Part shown: positions 50,161 to 58,909 of the stretch, one piece after another
How positions within the stretch are numbered: position 1 is the first letter of the stretch
Layout: the number at the start of each line of letters is the position of its first letter
Assembly: GCA_964521295.1 (NCBI GenBank)
Contig: CAZFRF010000001.1
Coordinates: forward strand, 71,751 to 135,750
Direction of reading: 5' to 3'
Length of the DNA: 64,000 nucleotides
Source: an uncultured Gammaproteobacteria bacterium
GTDB lineage: Bacteria; Patescibacteriota; Microgenomatia; Levybacterales; UBA12049
Made by a program: the position numbers and the translations under genes
Notes under the pieces: model-generated
Told to the model about the DNA's origin: nothing
Seen by the model: only the letters and a program-made list of their open reading frames with translations
Database searches by the model: none

Positions 50161-51906
50161 ATGCCCGATACTTCTCAAATACCGGTACAAGGGTTCAGTT
50201 CTCAAAGCTCTAATCAGAGTTTATCAGATATCCTTTTTGCCCAAAAATTAATTACAAAAGAACAGTACGATACTATTAAAGTTCAAAGCGCAAGTAAGGG
50301 AATTTCTGAGGAAAATATTGTTGAAGAAATGGAAATTGTTTCCCCGGATAAGTTAACAGCTGCCAAGGCTGCAATTTTAGGAATACCATATATAGATATT
50401 ACTAACGTTTCTTTTTCTCCTGAAGCTTTGGGTTTAATTCCCAGAGCTGTAGCTGAAAGATTTAGTCTTATTCCTTTTGCATATGATATAAATTCCAAAA
50501 CACTCTCTGTTGCGATGAGTAATCCGGTTGACCTAGAGGCAATCACTTTTATTAGAGAGAAAACTGGTCTTACTATTAAGTCATTCGCAGCAACACCTAG
50601 TGAAGTTGCTAAGGAGATAAATCAGCAATATAGGCAAGAATTAGTTGGTGAGGTTGGTGCGGCGATTAAAGAAACTCAGGATTATAATAAAATTAAAACT
50701 GTCGATACTGATCAAATTGCCCAAATCATTAAGGAAGCGCCAATTGCCAAAATCGTATCCACCATTCTGGAATATGCTGTAAACAGCAGAGCTTCAGACG
50801 TGCACATAGAGCCAATGGAAGATAGAGTTAGGGTTAGATATAGAATTGATGGTATTTTATATGACAGACTTTCCCTGCCTAAAGCAGTTCAGGAGGCAGT
50901 AATTTCGCGTATTAAGATTTTGTCGGAAATGAAAATTGATGAACATCGCTCTCCTCAAGACGGCCGTTTTAATTTTAAAGTTGAAGATAAAGAAGTTGAC
51001 CTTCGTATCAGTGTTTTGCCTACAGTTTTTGGCGAGAAAATTGTAATGAGGCTTCTTCGCAAAAGCGGTGGTATTCCAACTTTGAGAGAGTTAGGTATTT
51101 CTGGGATTGCGCAAAAGACTTTAGAAACCGCAATGGCAAGGCCTCATGGAATCATTATTGTTTGTGGACCTACTGGATCTGGAAAAACTACTACTCTTTA
51201 TTCTGTTTTGTCTGTTTTGAATACGACTAAAGTCAATATTTCAACTCTTGAAGATCCAGTTGAGTACCAAATTGCAGGGATTAATCAAGTTCAGGTTAAT
51301 CCAGCAGTAGGACTAACTTTTGCAGAAGGCTTAAGGTCCTTTTTAAGGCAAGATCCAAATATAATCCTAGTAGGAGAAATTCGTGATGGTGAAACAACCG
51401 AGCTTGCCATCCAGGCAGCATTAACTGGACATTTGGTCTTCTCAACTTTGCATACATCTTCAGCGGCAGGTGCTCTTCCGCGTTTAATAGATTTAGGAGC
51501 TGAAACTTTTTTACTCGCTTCTACTATGAATGCTGTCTTAGCGCAAAGGATAGTTAGGAAAATTTGTAATAGCTGTAAAGTTCCTTATGCTCCCCCAGCC
51601 CAAGTTGTTGCCGAAATGCAGCAAGTTTTAGGTAAATATTTTCCTCAAGGTAAACAAATAACCTTTTACAAAGGTAATGGTTGTGAAGAATGTGGTGGAT
51701 CTGGATATATTGGAAGAGTTGGTATTTTCGAGGCACTGCCAATTACGGAAAAAATTGCTTCTTTGGTTTTGCAGCACTCGGACAGCGGAAGTCTTGAAAG
51801 GGAAGCAGTTGCAGAAGGCATGATTACAATGAAACAAGATGGATATCTAAAAGTTTTACAAGGGGTAACAACCGTAGAAGAGGTTCTCAGGGTTGCTCAA
51901 GAATAA
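50161..51906 (+). CDS. pilB: type IV pilus assembly ATPase PilB (GspE family)
   Basis: N-terminal GSPII_E_N-like domain, Walker A GPTGSGKTTTL, Asp and His boxes, and a tetracysteine motif CNSC...CEEC. Confidence 0.9.
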   Translation: MPDTSQIPVQGFSSQSSNQSLSDILFAQKLITKEQYDTIKVQSASKGISEENIVEEMEIVSPDKLTAAKAAILGIPYIDITNVSFSPEALGLIPRAVAERFSLIPFAYDINSKTLSVAMSNPVDLEAITFIREKTGLTIKSFAATPSEVAKEINQQYRQELVGEVGAAIKETQDYNKIKTVDTDQIAQIIKEAPIAKIVSTILEYAVNSRASDVHIEPMEDRVRVRYRIDGILYDRLSLPKAVQEAVISRIKILSEMKIDEHRSPQDGRFNFKVEDKEVDLRISVLPTVFGEKIVMRLLRKSGGIPTLRELGISGIAQKTLETAMARPHGIIIVCGPTGSGKTTTLYSVLSVLNTTKVNISTLEDPVEYQIAGINQVQVNPAVGLTFAEGLRSFLRQDPNIILVGEIRDGETTELAIQAALTGHLVFSTLHTSSAAGALPRLIDLGAETFLLASTMNAVLAQRIVRKICNSCKVPYAPPAQVVAEMQQVLGKYFPQGKQITFYKGNGCEECGGSGYIGRVGIFEALPITEKIASLVLQHSDSGSLEREAVAEGMITMKQDGYLKVLQGVTTVEEVLRVAQE

Positions 51907-52975
51907 TATGACATTAAACGAATTACTTGATTTAACAATTAAAAATGGTGCATCAGATTTGCATTTATTACCTGGTGTTCAGCCCGCAATTAGGGTAGAT
52001 GGTGCATTGCGTTTTTTAGTAAACTACTCACCTCTTACCAAAGAGCAAATGGAAGAAATGGCCTTTTCTGTTTTAAAGCCAGAACAAAAAAATTGGTTAA
52101 TAAGCAATAAGGAAATTGATTTTTCATTTGGTTTTGGCGGTGGTAATTATGGCGATTTGGGAAGGTTTAGAGTCAACCTCTACTATCAACGCGGGGTATT
52201 GTCAGGGGCCTTTAGATACTTAGAGCCCAAAATTAGAACCTTAGAAGAGTTAAAACTGCCTAAAGTTTTACACAACTTTACAGAATTAAAACAGGGATTT
52301 GTTTTAGTTACAGGTCCAACTGGACATGGAAAATCTACAACTTTAGCAGCAATGATTAATGAAATTAATCAAAATAAATCTTTAAATATTTTGACTATTG
52401 AAGATCCAATTGAATACATCTATCCAATGGGTAAAAGTTTAATTTCCCAAAGAGAAATGGATTTAGATACTCATTCTTGGTCAATGGCCTTGCGTAGCGC
52501 ATTAAGAGAAGATCCTGATGTAGTTTTAGTAGGAGAAATGCGTGATCCAGAAACAATAGCTGCTGCAATTACAATTGCAGAAACAGGACATTTAGTCTTC
52601 TCTACTCTACATACTAACTCAGCTTCGCAAACAATTGATAGAATTATTGATTCTTTTCCTCCGGGTCAACAGGCGCAAATTAGAATTCAGCTTGCTTCTA
52701 CCCTAAAAGGAATAGTTTCGCAAAGACTCATTCCTATGATTAATGGAGGAAGAGTTCCGGGAATAGAAGTATTACTTGGTAATAATGCAGTCGCAAGTAA
52801 TGTTAGAGAAGGAAAAACTCATTTAATAGATAGTATTATTCAGACATCTCAACAAGAAGGAATGATTCCTTTGGAAAATTCATTAACAACACTTGTTTTA
52901 TCAGGCGCAATCAGTTTAGATGTAGCTAAAAGTTATGCTTTAAGACCTGATGAGCTACTTAGGCTGGTAGGATAA
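51893..52975 (+). CDS. pilT: type IV pilus retraction ATPase PilT
   Basis: About 360 aa with no N-terminal domain. Walker A GPTGHGKSTTLAAMINEIN and the PilT signature region. Confidence 0.85.
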   Translation: MLKNNMTLNELLDLTIKNGASDLHLLPGVQPAIRVDGALRFLVNYSPLTKEQMEEMAFSVLKPEQKNWLISNKEIDFSFGFGGGNYGDLGRFRVNLYYQRGVLSGAFRYLEPKIRTLEELKLPKVLHNFTELKQGFVLVTGPTGHGKSTTLAAMINEINQNKSLNILTIEDPIEYIYPMGKSLISQREMDLDTHSWSMALRSALREDPDVVLVGEMRDPETIAAAITIAETGHLVFSTLHTNSASQTIDRIIDSFPPGQQAQIRIQLASTLKGIVSQRLIPMINGGRVPGIEVLLGNNAVASNVREGKTHLIDSIIQTSQQEGMIPLENSLTTLVLSGAISLDVAKSYALRPDELLRLVG

Positions 52976-52979
52976 AATT

Positions 52980-54182
52980 ATGAGACTTAGATACAAAGCT
53001 TCAACACCAGATGGGAAATTATCACAAGGTCTTTTAGACGCAAAAGGAATAGAAGAAGCGGCGGTTTATCTGCGTAGTAAAAATTTAATGCCAATTCAAA
53101 TCTTGCGAGTAGATGCAAGTTTAGGATCACAGCTCCCATTATTTAATAAAGTAAAAACTCAAGATTTAATTTTGTTTACAAGACAAATGTCATCAATGCT
53201 CGCATCAGGCCTAACCCTTTTAAAAGCGCTAGAAATTTTAAAAGAACAAATTCAAAATCCTGCTATGCAAGAAATAGTTACATCAGTAATCAATGATGTT
53301 TCAGAAGGTAAAACTTTTTCTCAAGCAATTTCTCGTCATCCTAAGGTATTTTCAGATATTTATGTCTCTATTATTAAAGCGGGTGAATCGTCAGGTTTGC
53401 TTGATAAAGTTTTATTAAGGCTTGCAGATAATTTAGAAAAACAAGCAAAACTTAAATCAACGGTTAAATCTGCTCTTACGTATCCTGCTATCGTTGTCAT
53501 TTTAATGGTAGTAGTTATGTTGGTTATGATTACATTTGTTATCCCTCAATTAACTGTTTTATATACTAATCTCGATGTTCCCCTACCTCTTCCTACAAAA
53601 ATAATGGTTGGAATAGCCAATTTTTTAACAGTTTTCTGGCCAATAGTTTTAATTGTAATTTTTGTAACAATTTATGCTTTACGTAGATGGTCTAAAACAG
53701 TAAGTGGAAAATTAATTCTTGACGATTTAATTTTAAAAACGCCCGTTTTTGGTAAATTAATTAAAGAAACAACTATTGCAGAGTTTTCTAGGACTTTTGG
53801 TTTACTCGTTGGAACAGGTACGCTTGTTGTTCAGGCACTGAACGAGACGGCTGCAACTGCTGGCAATGTGCATTATAAGAATGCAATTATTGGTGTGGGT
53901 CAACAGGTAGAAAAAGGAGTAACCGTTGGATCGGCTATGTCAACCTATTCCCTTTTCCCTCCGCTATTAGTTCAGCTTGTTAAGATTGGTGAGCAGACAG
54001 GTAAAATGGATGAAACGCTGCAAAAGGCATCGGAATATTTCGAAAGAGAAGTTGATCAAATTGTTAAAACCTTAACAACTGCAATGGAGCCATTTATCAT
54101 GATAATCTTGGGTATTGGGGTTGCATTTTTAATTATTTCTGTTATTACTCCAATTTACACATTAATTTCGAGTATACAGTAA
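52980..54182 (+). CDS. pilC: type IV pilus platform protein PilC (GspF family)
   Basis: Duplicated GspF domains with three transmembrane segments. Confidence 0.85.
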   Translation: MRLRYKASTPDGKLSQGLLDAKGIEEAAVYLRSKNLMPIQILRVDASLGSQLPLFNKVKTQDLILFTRQMSSMLASGLTLLKALEILKEQIQNPAMQEIVTSVINDVSEGKTFSQAISRHPKVFSDIYVSIIKAGESSGLLDKVLLRLADNLEKQAKLKSTVKSALTYPAIVVILMVVVMLVMITFVIPQLTVLYTNLDVPLPLPTKIMVGIANFLTVFWPIVLIVIFVTIYALRRWSKTVSGKLILDDLILKTPVFGKLIKETTIAEFSRTFGLLVGTGTLVVQALNETAATAGNVHYKNAIIGVGQQVEKGVTVGSAMSTYSLFPPLLVQLVKIGEQTGKMDETLQKASEYFEREVDQIVKTLTTAMEPFIMIILGIGVAFLIISVITPIYTLISSIQ

Positions 54183-54394
54183 ATTTAGCTTCAAAATGCC
54201 GCACCTATCCCGTCAAGACAAGGAATAGAAGCGTGCATCTTTGATTTAGTTTGTTCTTAATTAAATGATGTCGTCTTAACAATCTAAAGTACCAAAATTA
54301 GCTTCGTTTTTAAATTTGATTTTTATGTAAAAATTTGTTAAATTTATTGTTGAACTGGCAAATGTAAAAATCGTTTGCTAAGAAGCCTTGACTT

Positions 54395-54551
54395 GTTGAA
54401 GGGATTACTTTCCCAAAGTTCAAGGGTTACTTCCAGAAGGAAGTCCCTTCAAACAGTTAAGACTTCAAAGAAAGTAATACCAATTAATTGATTTAATTCG
54501 TAAGTATAAATAGTAAGTGATTGGAGATTGCCAGCGAGGCAATCTTTTTTT
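54395..54551 (+). ncRNA. candidate structured small RNA (nested helices, ending in intrinsic terminator)
   Basis: Long-range helix ATTACTTTC (54405-13)/GAAAGTAAT (54470-78) enclosing GAAGGGA (54398)/TCCCTTC (54444) and hairpin GGGTTACTTCC-AGAA-GGAAGTCCC (54424-47). It is followed by terminator AGATTGCC-agcga-GGCAATCT+TTTTTTT (54525-51). Strand and ends are uncertain. Confidence 0.25.
54525..54551 (+). terminator. intrinsic terminator
   Basis: Perfect 8-bp stem AGATTGCC/GGCAATCT, a 5-nt loop, then T7. Confidence 0.55.
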
Positions 54552-54837
54552 GTGGAAAATGTATAAGAATTAAAGAATTGCTAAGTATAATTGTTTAGAA
54601 CATTTAAAATTTACGGTTTTTAATGGGAAAGTTTGAAAGGCCTTGCCTTCCTTAGTATTGGTTTGAAATCTGTTTTTAAGGATTTGCGGATGAAAAACGC
54701 AAGATTGGAGGAAGCAAAAATGCTATATGTAGTATTATGCGAGGCTTGCTTAAAACAAAAAGCGACCCAACTTTATGTTGAATCGCTTTGCCCGCTTCAC
54801 AGCGGAATTGTAAAAGTATAAATCGCTAACGCAAATT

Positions 54838-55020
54838 AGCGTGGAAAGGCCTTTCGGCTTTTCCTTTTGAAATCGTAATTTAAGTTTAGATTAGTAAGTT
54901 GGCGGGAGGTATCCGCCTATTGGTACAGGCAACAGTTTTATAAACTGTGGTTGCTATAATGGCAAATGCGAAATCGTACTTCGCTGCCTCCGCAGAGCTT
55001 ACTAGTCTAGATTTAGATTA
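54838..55020. other. cluster of four consecutive stem-loops in noncoding DNA
   Basis: CGCTAA-cgcaaa-TTAGCG; GGAAAGGCC-tttc-GGCTTTTCC; GGCGGGA-ggta-TCCGCC; GCAACAGTTT-tata-AACTGTGGTTGC; GCTGC-ctcc-GCAGAGC. Confidence 0.3.
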
Positions 55021-55077
55021 TGATTTTTAAAGAACTTTAATTGAGGCAGTTTCTTAAAGGATTGCAATAATACTACT

Positions 55078-55090
55078 TTTAGCCTCAAAA
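55078..55090 (+). repeat. dispersed repeat copy TTTAGCCTCAAAAGTCAACGA
   Basis: See the copies at 27102 and 27433. Confidence 0.5.
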
Positions 55091-55201
55091 GTCAACGAAC
55101 ATTGTGTTGCTATTAACTTAAGTTACTACCTCTTCTAGTAGGTTGTCAAGCTTTTTTTCTACAACCTTTTTGTATCAAAAACTGTCAAAAATAAAGGTAA
55201 A

Positions 55202-55214
55202 TTTAGCCTCAAAT
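55202..55214 (+). repeat. dispersed repeat copy TTTAGCCTCAAAT
   Basis: Fourth direct copy of the TTTAGCCTCAAA motif. Confidence 0.45.
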
Positions 55215-55388
55215 CGTGCCTAGCTATGCATGAGATGCGTGCTCCACTCAAGCATAGCGATTTGCAAGGCAAATGTCAAGATGTTATAATTTTTAATGTG
55301 AAGCGAAAAAAATTCATAACCACCAAAGATAAGACTTTTAAGGACTGGTTATCTGCTGGTGGTCGTAAAGATTCTAAAAAAGATTTCC

Positions 55389-56291
55389 TTACCTTATTAA
55401 AACGGGCTGTATCTGTTTAACTTCAGCTACTTGTTTAAGTAATACCTCAAACATCATTCCGCCTAAGTTTCTATTGTTATATCTAAATGCAAACTCATCA
55501 ACATAAGCTTGTAGGTATTTCTTGCTGACTACTCTATAAACTCCCTTAACTCCCCTTTTAAAGTGAGACCAGACATTTTCTATATTATTGTTGTATACCT
55601 CTCCTCTTGCGTATTCCCCCGCTGAATGAGTAACGCTATCGTGTTTATCGTAACCAAACTCTTTTAAGTATTTATATACACTTAATTCATCTGACATTAT
55701 GTGAGCTGTAGGACTAATGTTTTGTTTTATTTGCTGTACTAAAGTCCATTTATCAGTGTTAGGTATGTGTTTAAGATATGCCTTACCACCTCTTTCAACT
55801 GCACCCCAAACTATTTCCTTAGGTATTAAATTAAAGTGAGGTTTAGTTGCCCTATTGTTTCCTTTACCACCAACAAATGTCTCATCTACTTCTACGATAC
55901 CTTGAAGCATATCTCCACCGTCTTGAGCCATAAGTAGTCTAATCTGTTTAAACATACGCCAAGCGGTCTTGTAGGTCACTCCAAGCATTCTTTCTAGTTG
56001 TTTGGCAGAAATACCAGCTCTTGTCTGAATCATTAAGTACATGGCAAAAAACCATAAGTCTAATGGGGTTGTTGTTTTCTCAAAAATAGTACCTGCTAAA
56101 GGATAAATTTGGAAACCACAGAACTTACAAGCATATGATGTTCTATTAGTTACGGGGTAGAAAACTGATAGCTTTTTACATTTTTCACAATTCATTTCAG
56201 AGGGATATTTGAGGTTTTTAATAGCCTCAAGACATTTTTGATGTGTACCATATTTATATTTGAACTGACGGAGGCTAAATTTGTTTTCCAT
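55389..56291 (-). CDS. IS1595-family (ISXO2-like) transposase
   Basis: N-terminal zinc-ribbon (CEKCKK...CKFCG) followed by the DDE ISXO2-like domain (IVEVDETFVGGK ... IMSDELSVYK ... YVDEFAFRYNNR). About 300 aa. Confidence 0.75.
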   Translation of the reverse strand: MENKFSLRQFKYKYGTHQKCLEAIKNLKYPSEMNCEKCKKLSVFYPVTNRTSYACKFCGFQIYPLAGTIFEKTTTPLDLWFFAMYLMIQTRAGISAKQLERMLGVTYKTAWRMFKQIRLLMAQDGGDMLQGIVEVDETFVGGKGNNRATKPHFNLIPKEIVWGAVERGGKAYLKHIPNTDKWTLVQQIKQNISPTAHIMSDELSVYKYLKEFGYDKHDSVTHSAGEYARGEVYNNNIENVWSHFKRGVKGVYRVVSKKYLQAYVDEFAFRYNNRNLGGMMFEVLLKQVAEVKQIQPVLIR

Positions 56292-56389
56292 AGCCTCATT
56301 ATATACCTATTATTACTTGTTGTCAAGGGATAAGTGCCCAAAATGCCCTCTTGACAAGCCTAAAATTATATGAGTATTATAATGTTGTA

Positions 56390-56905
56390 ATGAAAAAATA
56401 CCTGTCCAGTCTAAAACTAAACTCCGGTTTTACCCTCATTGAACTTTTAGTCGTTATCGGAATCTTAGGAGTCTTGGCAGCAGCCTTAATTGCAACCATT
56501 GATCCATTCGAACAGCTTAAAAAATCTCAAGATGCTAATGTTAAAAATACTCTCGTAGAGTTTGTTGATGCAAATGTTAGGTATTATGCAACTCATAATG
56601 CTTTACCTTGGTGGGCTAATGGAGCTGCAGGTTGTTCTGGTATGGATACAAGTTCTACTCTAGCTGCAGGTAGCGCAACAAATTGTGTTAAAGCATTAAT
56701 TGATGATGGAGAGTTAAAACAATCATTTAATCAAGCGACAAGTATATTGGGCAATATAAGATACAATGGAGGAGATACATCTAATCCTGGAGTTACAGCT
56801 TGCTTTAAACCAGTTTCATTGTCACAGCAAAAAGATCCTAATACAAGGTTTGATATAAGCGGAAATACAGTTGCATCTGGTGGAACATATTGGTGCGCAC
56901 AATAA
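56390..56905 (+). CDS. type IV (major) pilin
   Basis: Class III signal MKKYLSSLKLNSG|FTLIELLVVIGILGVLAA with Glu at +5, and C-terminal cysteines. TATAAT lies 6 nt upstream of the ATG. The track ORF begins at an upstream TTG. Confidence 0.8.
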   Translation: MKKYLSSLKLNSGFTLIELLVVIGILGVLAAALIATIDPFEQLKKSQDANVKNTLVEFVDANVRYYATHNALPWWANGAAGCSGMDTSSTLAAGSATNCVKALIDDGELKQSFNQATSILGNIRYNGGDTSNPGVTACFKPVSLSQQKDPNTRFDISGNTVASGGTYWCAQ

Positions 56906-56914
56906 CAACCTCTA

Positions 56915-58909
56915 ATGATTAAAGCTTTTCAAAAAAAGCTGCCCCAAATAATTTTTTTATTTTTGTTAATCGTGTATGTTCATAACTTGTCTAGAAGTGT
57001 TTATGGTGGAGATGTAGGTGATTTTGTTTCAGCTGCAATAGTTGGTGGTGTTCCCCACCCTTCAGGATATCCTTTTATTACATTACTAGGTTTTTTATTA
57101 ACAAGGATCAATTTCATAACACCAGCATTTATGGTTAATTTGATCTCAGCTGTTTCAGCTGCAATAGGTGGTTTTTTATTTTTTAAATTTACTTTGAAAG
57201 CTACAAATAATAGACTTATTGCAGTTATTTCCACGTTCACATTAGCGTTCAATTACTTATATTGGTTTTTTGCTGAAATAGCTGAAGTTTTTGCTCTTAA
57301 TAATCTTTTTGTAATCATTTTAATTTACTTAGGTTATCTTTTCTATTCTACGAGGAAAACAAAATATTTTTATTTACTTGCTTTTTTCGCAGGACTTTCG
57401 ATGACGAATAATTACATTATTAGTTTCACTTTTCCTGCAATTGGGATTTTGTTGTTAACAAATATTAAATTTTTTTTAAAAAAACCCAAAACAATTCTAA
57501 AAGGGATTTTGGTTAGTTTTTTAGGTTTTAGTCCAGTTTTATACATATTAATTGCTGCGCAATTTAACCCAGTAATTAACTGGGATAATACTAAGGATAT
57601 TAAAGGATTTATTGATGTTATTTTAAGGAAGCATTACGGAACATTTGGTGTTGGATTTGACGTAAATTTAATTTTAGCTGAAAAAATTAATATTCAAAAG
57701 AATTATCTATTGTATTTATTAAATCAAATAACTATTCCTGTTGCTGTAATATCTTTTTTTGGCATTTTAGAGTTATTTAAAAACAAAAAAATATTTTTGT
57801 TAGCCATTATTTTATCTTTTATTTTATCTGGACCTGTATTTATCAATTTGATTGGCATACCATACTATAGCCTCTTTCAGGCAGGTATTTATGAAAGATT
57901 TTTTAGTATGTCAGCAGTTGTTTTTCTTTTCCTGTTTCCATTTGGATTAAAATTTATTGTAAATTTGCTAAATTCTTTATTTGCAAAAAAAACATATCAA
58001 AATTTATTCTTAATTGTTTTTTTAATTATTCCCGTATTGCTTTTTAAGTATAATTTTCCAAAAACAGATCTGCACGATTTGTGGATTGGAGATAAAATTG
58101 GATATGATATTCTTTCTTTTCTTCCCAAAAATTCATATATTTTAATCACAGGTGATACTCCACTATTTAATACTTGGTACGTCCATTTTGGATTAAAATA
58201 CAGAACTGACTTAAAGCTTTTAAATTTTGTAGGAACAAATACATTTAATTTAGAAAGAGAAAAATTTCTTAAAAACAATCCTAAATTAAAAATAGAAGAT
58301 GAACTTTTTCTTCATGTTTTAAAAGATCTTAGTAAGAAAAATAATGTATTTTCGCTAACAACCTATCAATTCAAAAAAGGCGAGAAACTTAACTGGGTTC
58401 CATATGGATTGGCATATAAACTTGAGAATGGAAAAAATAATTTATCAAAAGATGAGTATATAAAGACACAAAAAAATATTTGGAATAATATGCTAGCCAT
58501 AAATGATTTAAAAAAGGATAGTTTAAGCAAAAAAAGCTTAACTATTTCTGAAATTCCATACTTTTATTCAAATAACTATCTTTATTTTGGAAATTATGTT
58601 TATGAAAAATATAAAGATCGAGACTTCGCAATTAAAACCATTCATGAAGCACTACAGATTGATAAAAACAATCATAATGCTTACATTCTTTTGTCTACTT
58701 ACTTAATTGAGGATTCAAAATGTGCTGAGGCAACAGAACAACTAAGTAAAGTTAAAGAATTGAATCCATTTGAGACAAAGTATTATTTATTAAGTTATTA
58801 TAATAATAGATTTTGTTATAAAGATAAAAAAAAGATTGACCAAATTATTAAGGAGTATTCCCAAGTGTTTAAGGGTGACTTTTTTAAAGATTTAAAAATT
58901 ATCAAATGA
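56915..58909 (+). CDS. DUF2723 (TMEM260/PMT-like) GT-C-fold membrane glycosyltransferase with C-terminal TPR repeats
   Basis: The N-terminal signature GGDVGDFVSAAIVGGVPHPSGYPFITLLG matches the DUF2723 motif (GD.GEF...GvaHPPGYPL). About 11 TM helices, then a soluble TPR-like C-terminal domain. Confidence 0.6.
   Translation: MIKAFQKKLPQIIFLFLLIVYVHNLSRSVYGGDVGDFVSAAIVGGVPHPSGYPFITLLGFLLTRINFITPAFMVNLISAVSAAIGGFLFFKFTLKATNNRLIAVISTFTLAFNYLYWFFAEIAEVFALNNLFVIILIYLGYLFYSTRKTKYFYLLAFFAGLSMTNNYIISFTFPAIGILLLTNIKFFLKKPKTILKGILVSFLGFSPVLYILIAAQFNPVINWDNTKDIKGFIDVILRKHYGTFGVGFDVNLILAEKINIQKNYLLYLLNQITIPVAVISFFGILELFKNKKIFLLAIILSFILSGPVFINLIGIPYYSLFQAGIYERFFSMSAVVFLFLFPFGLKFIVNLLNSLFAKKTYQNLFLIVFLIIPVLLFKYNFPKTDLHDLWIGDKIGYDILSFLPKNSYILITGDTPLFNTWYVHFGLKYRTDLKLLNFVGTNTFNLEREKFLKNNPKLKIEDELFLHVLKDLSKKNNVFSLTTYQFKKGEKLNWVPYGLAYKLENGKNNLSKDEYIKTQKNIWNNMLAINDLKKDSLSKKSLTISEIPYFYSNNYLYFGNYVYEKYKDRDFAIKTIHEALQIDKNNHNAYILLSTYLIEDSKCAEATEQLSKVKELNPFETKYYLLSYYNNRFCYKDKKKIDQIIKEYSQVFKGDFFKDLKIIK

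Larger units (their letters stand above)
55143..56357 (-). mobile_element. possible IS1595-family insertion sequence (boundaries tentative)
   Basis: The transposase CDS is flanked by copies of TTGTCAAG: 55143-55150, and 56320-56327/56350-56357 (the latter two form a hairpin TTGTCAAGGG...CCCTCTTGACAA). No clean long terminal inverted repeat was found by eye. Confidence 0.3.

Noticed and set aside
54424-54447. Hairpin ...CC-AGAA-GGAAG... superficially resembling the SRP RNA domain IV apex (CC-GGAA-GGAAGCAGC)
   Set aside because: The flanking conserved SRP nucleotides (AGCAGC symmetric and asymmetric loop residues) are absent, and the tetraloop is AGAA rather than GNRA. It was kept only as part of the generic structured-RNA candidate.
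54633-54821. 62-aa ORF (TTG start) in the pilC-IS spacer
   Set aside because: Non-ATG start, no promoter or SD, and it overlaps the hairpin-rich region. It is more plausibly noncoding.
55226-55420. 64-aa ORF just downstream of, and partly overlapping, the transposase 3' end
   Set aside because: No recognisable motif. It may be an accessory reading frame of the IS or may be spurious. It is not reported as a feature.
56303-56357. TTGTCAAG / CTTGACAA repeats as a possible CRISPR or tandem array
   Set aside because: There are only two or three copies, arranged as one hairpin next to the transposase start. They are not regularly spaced direct repeats, so there is no CRISPR in this window.
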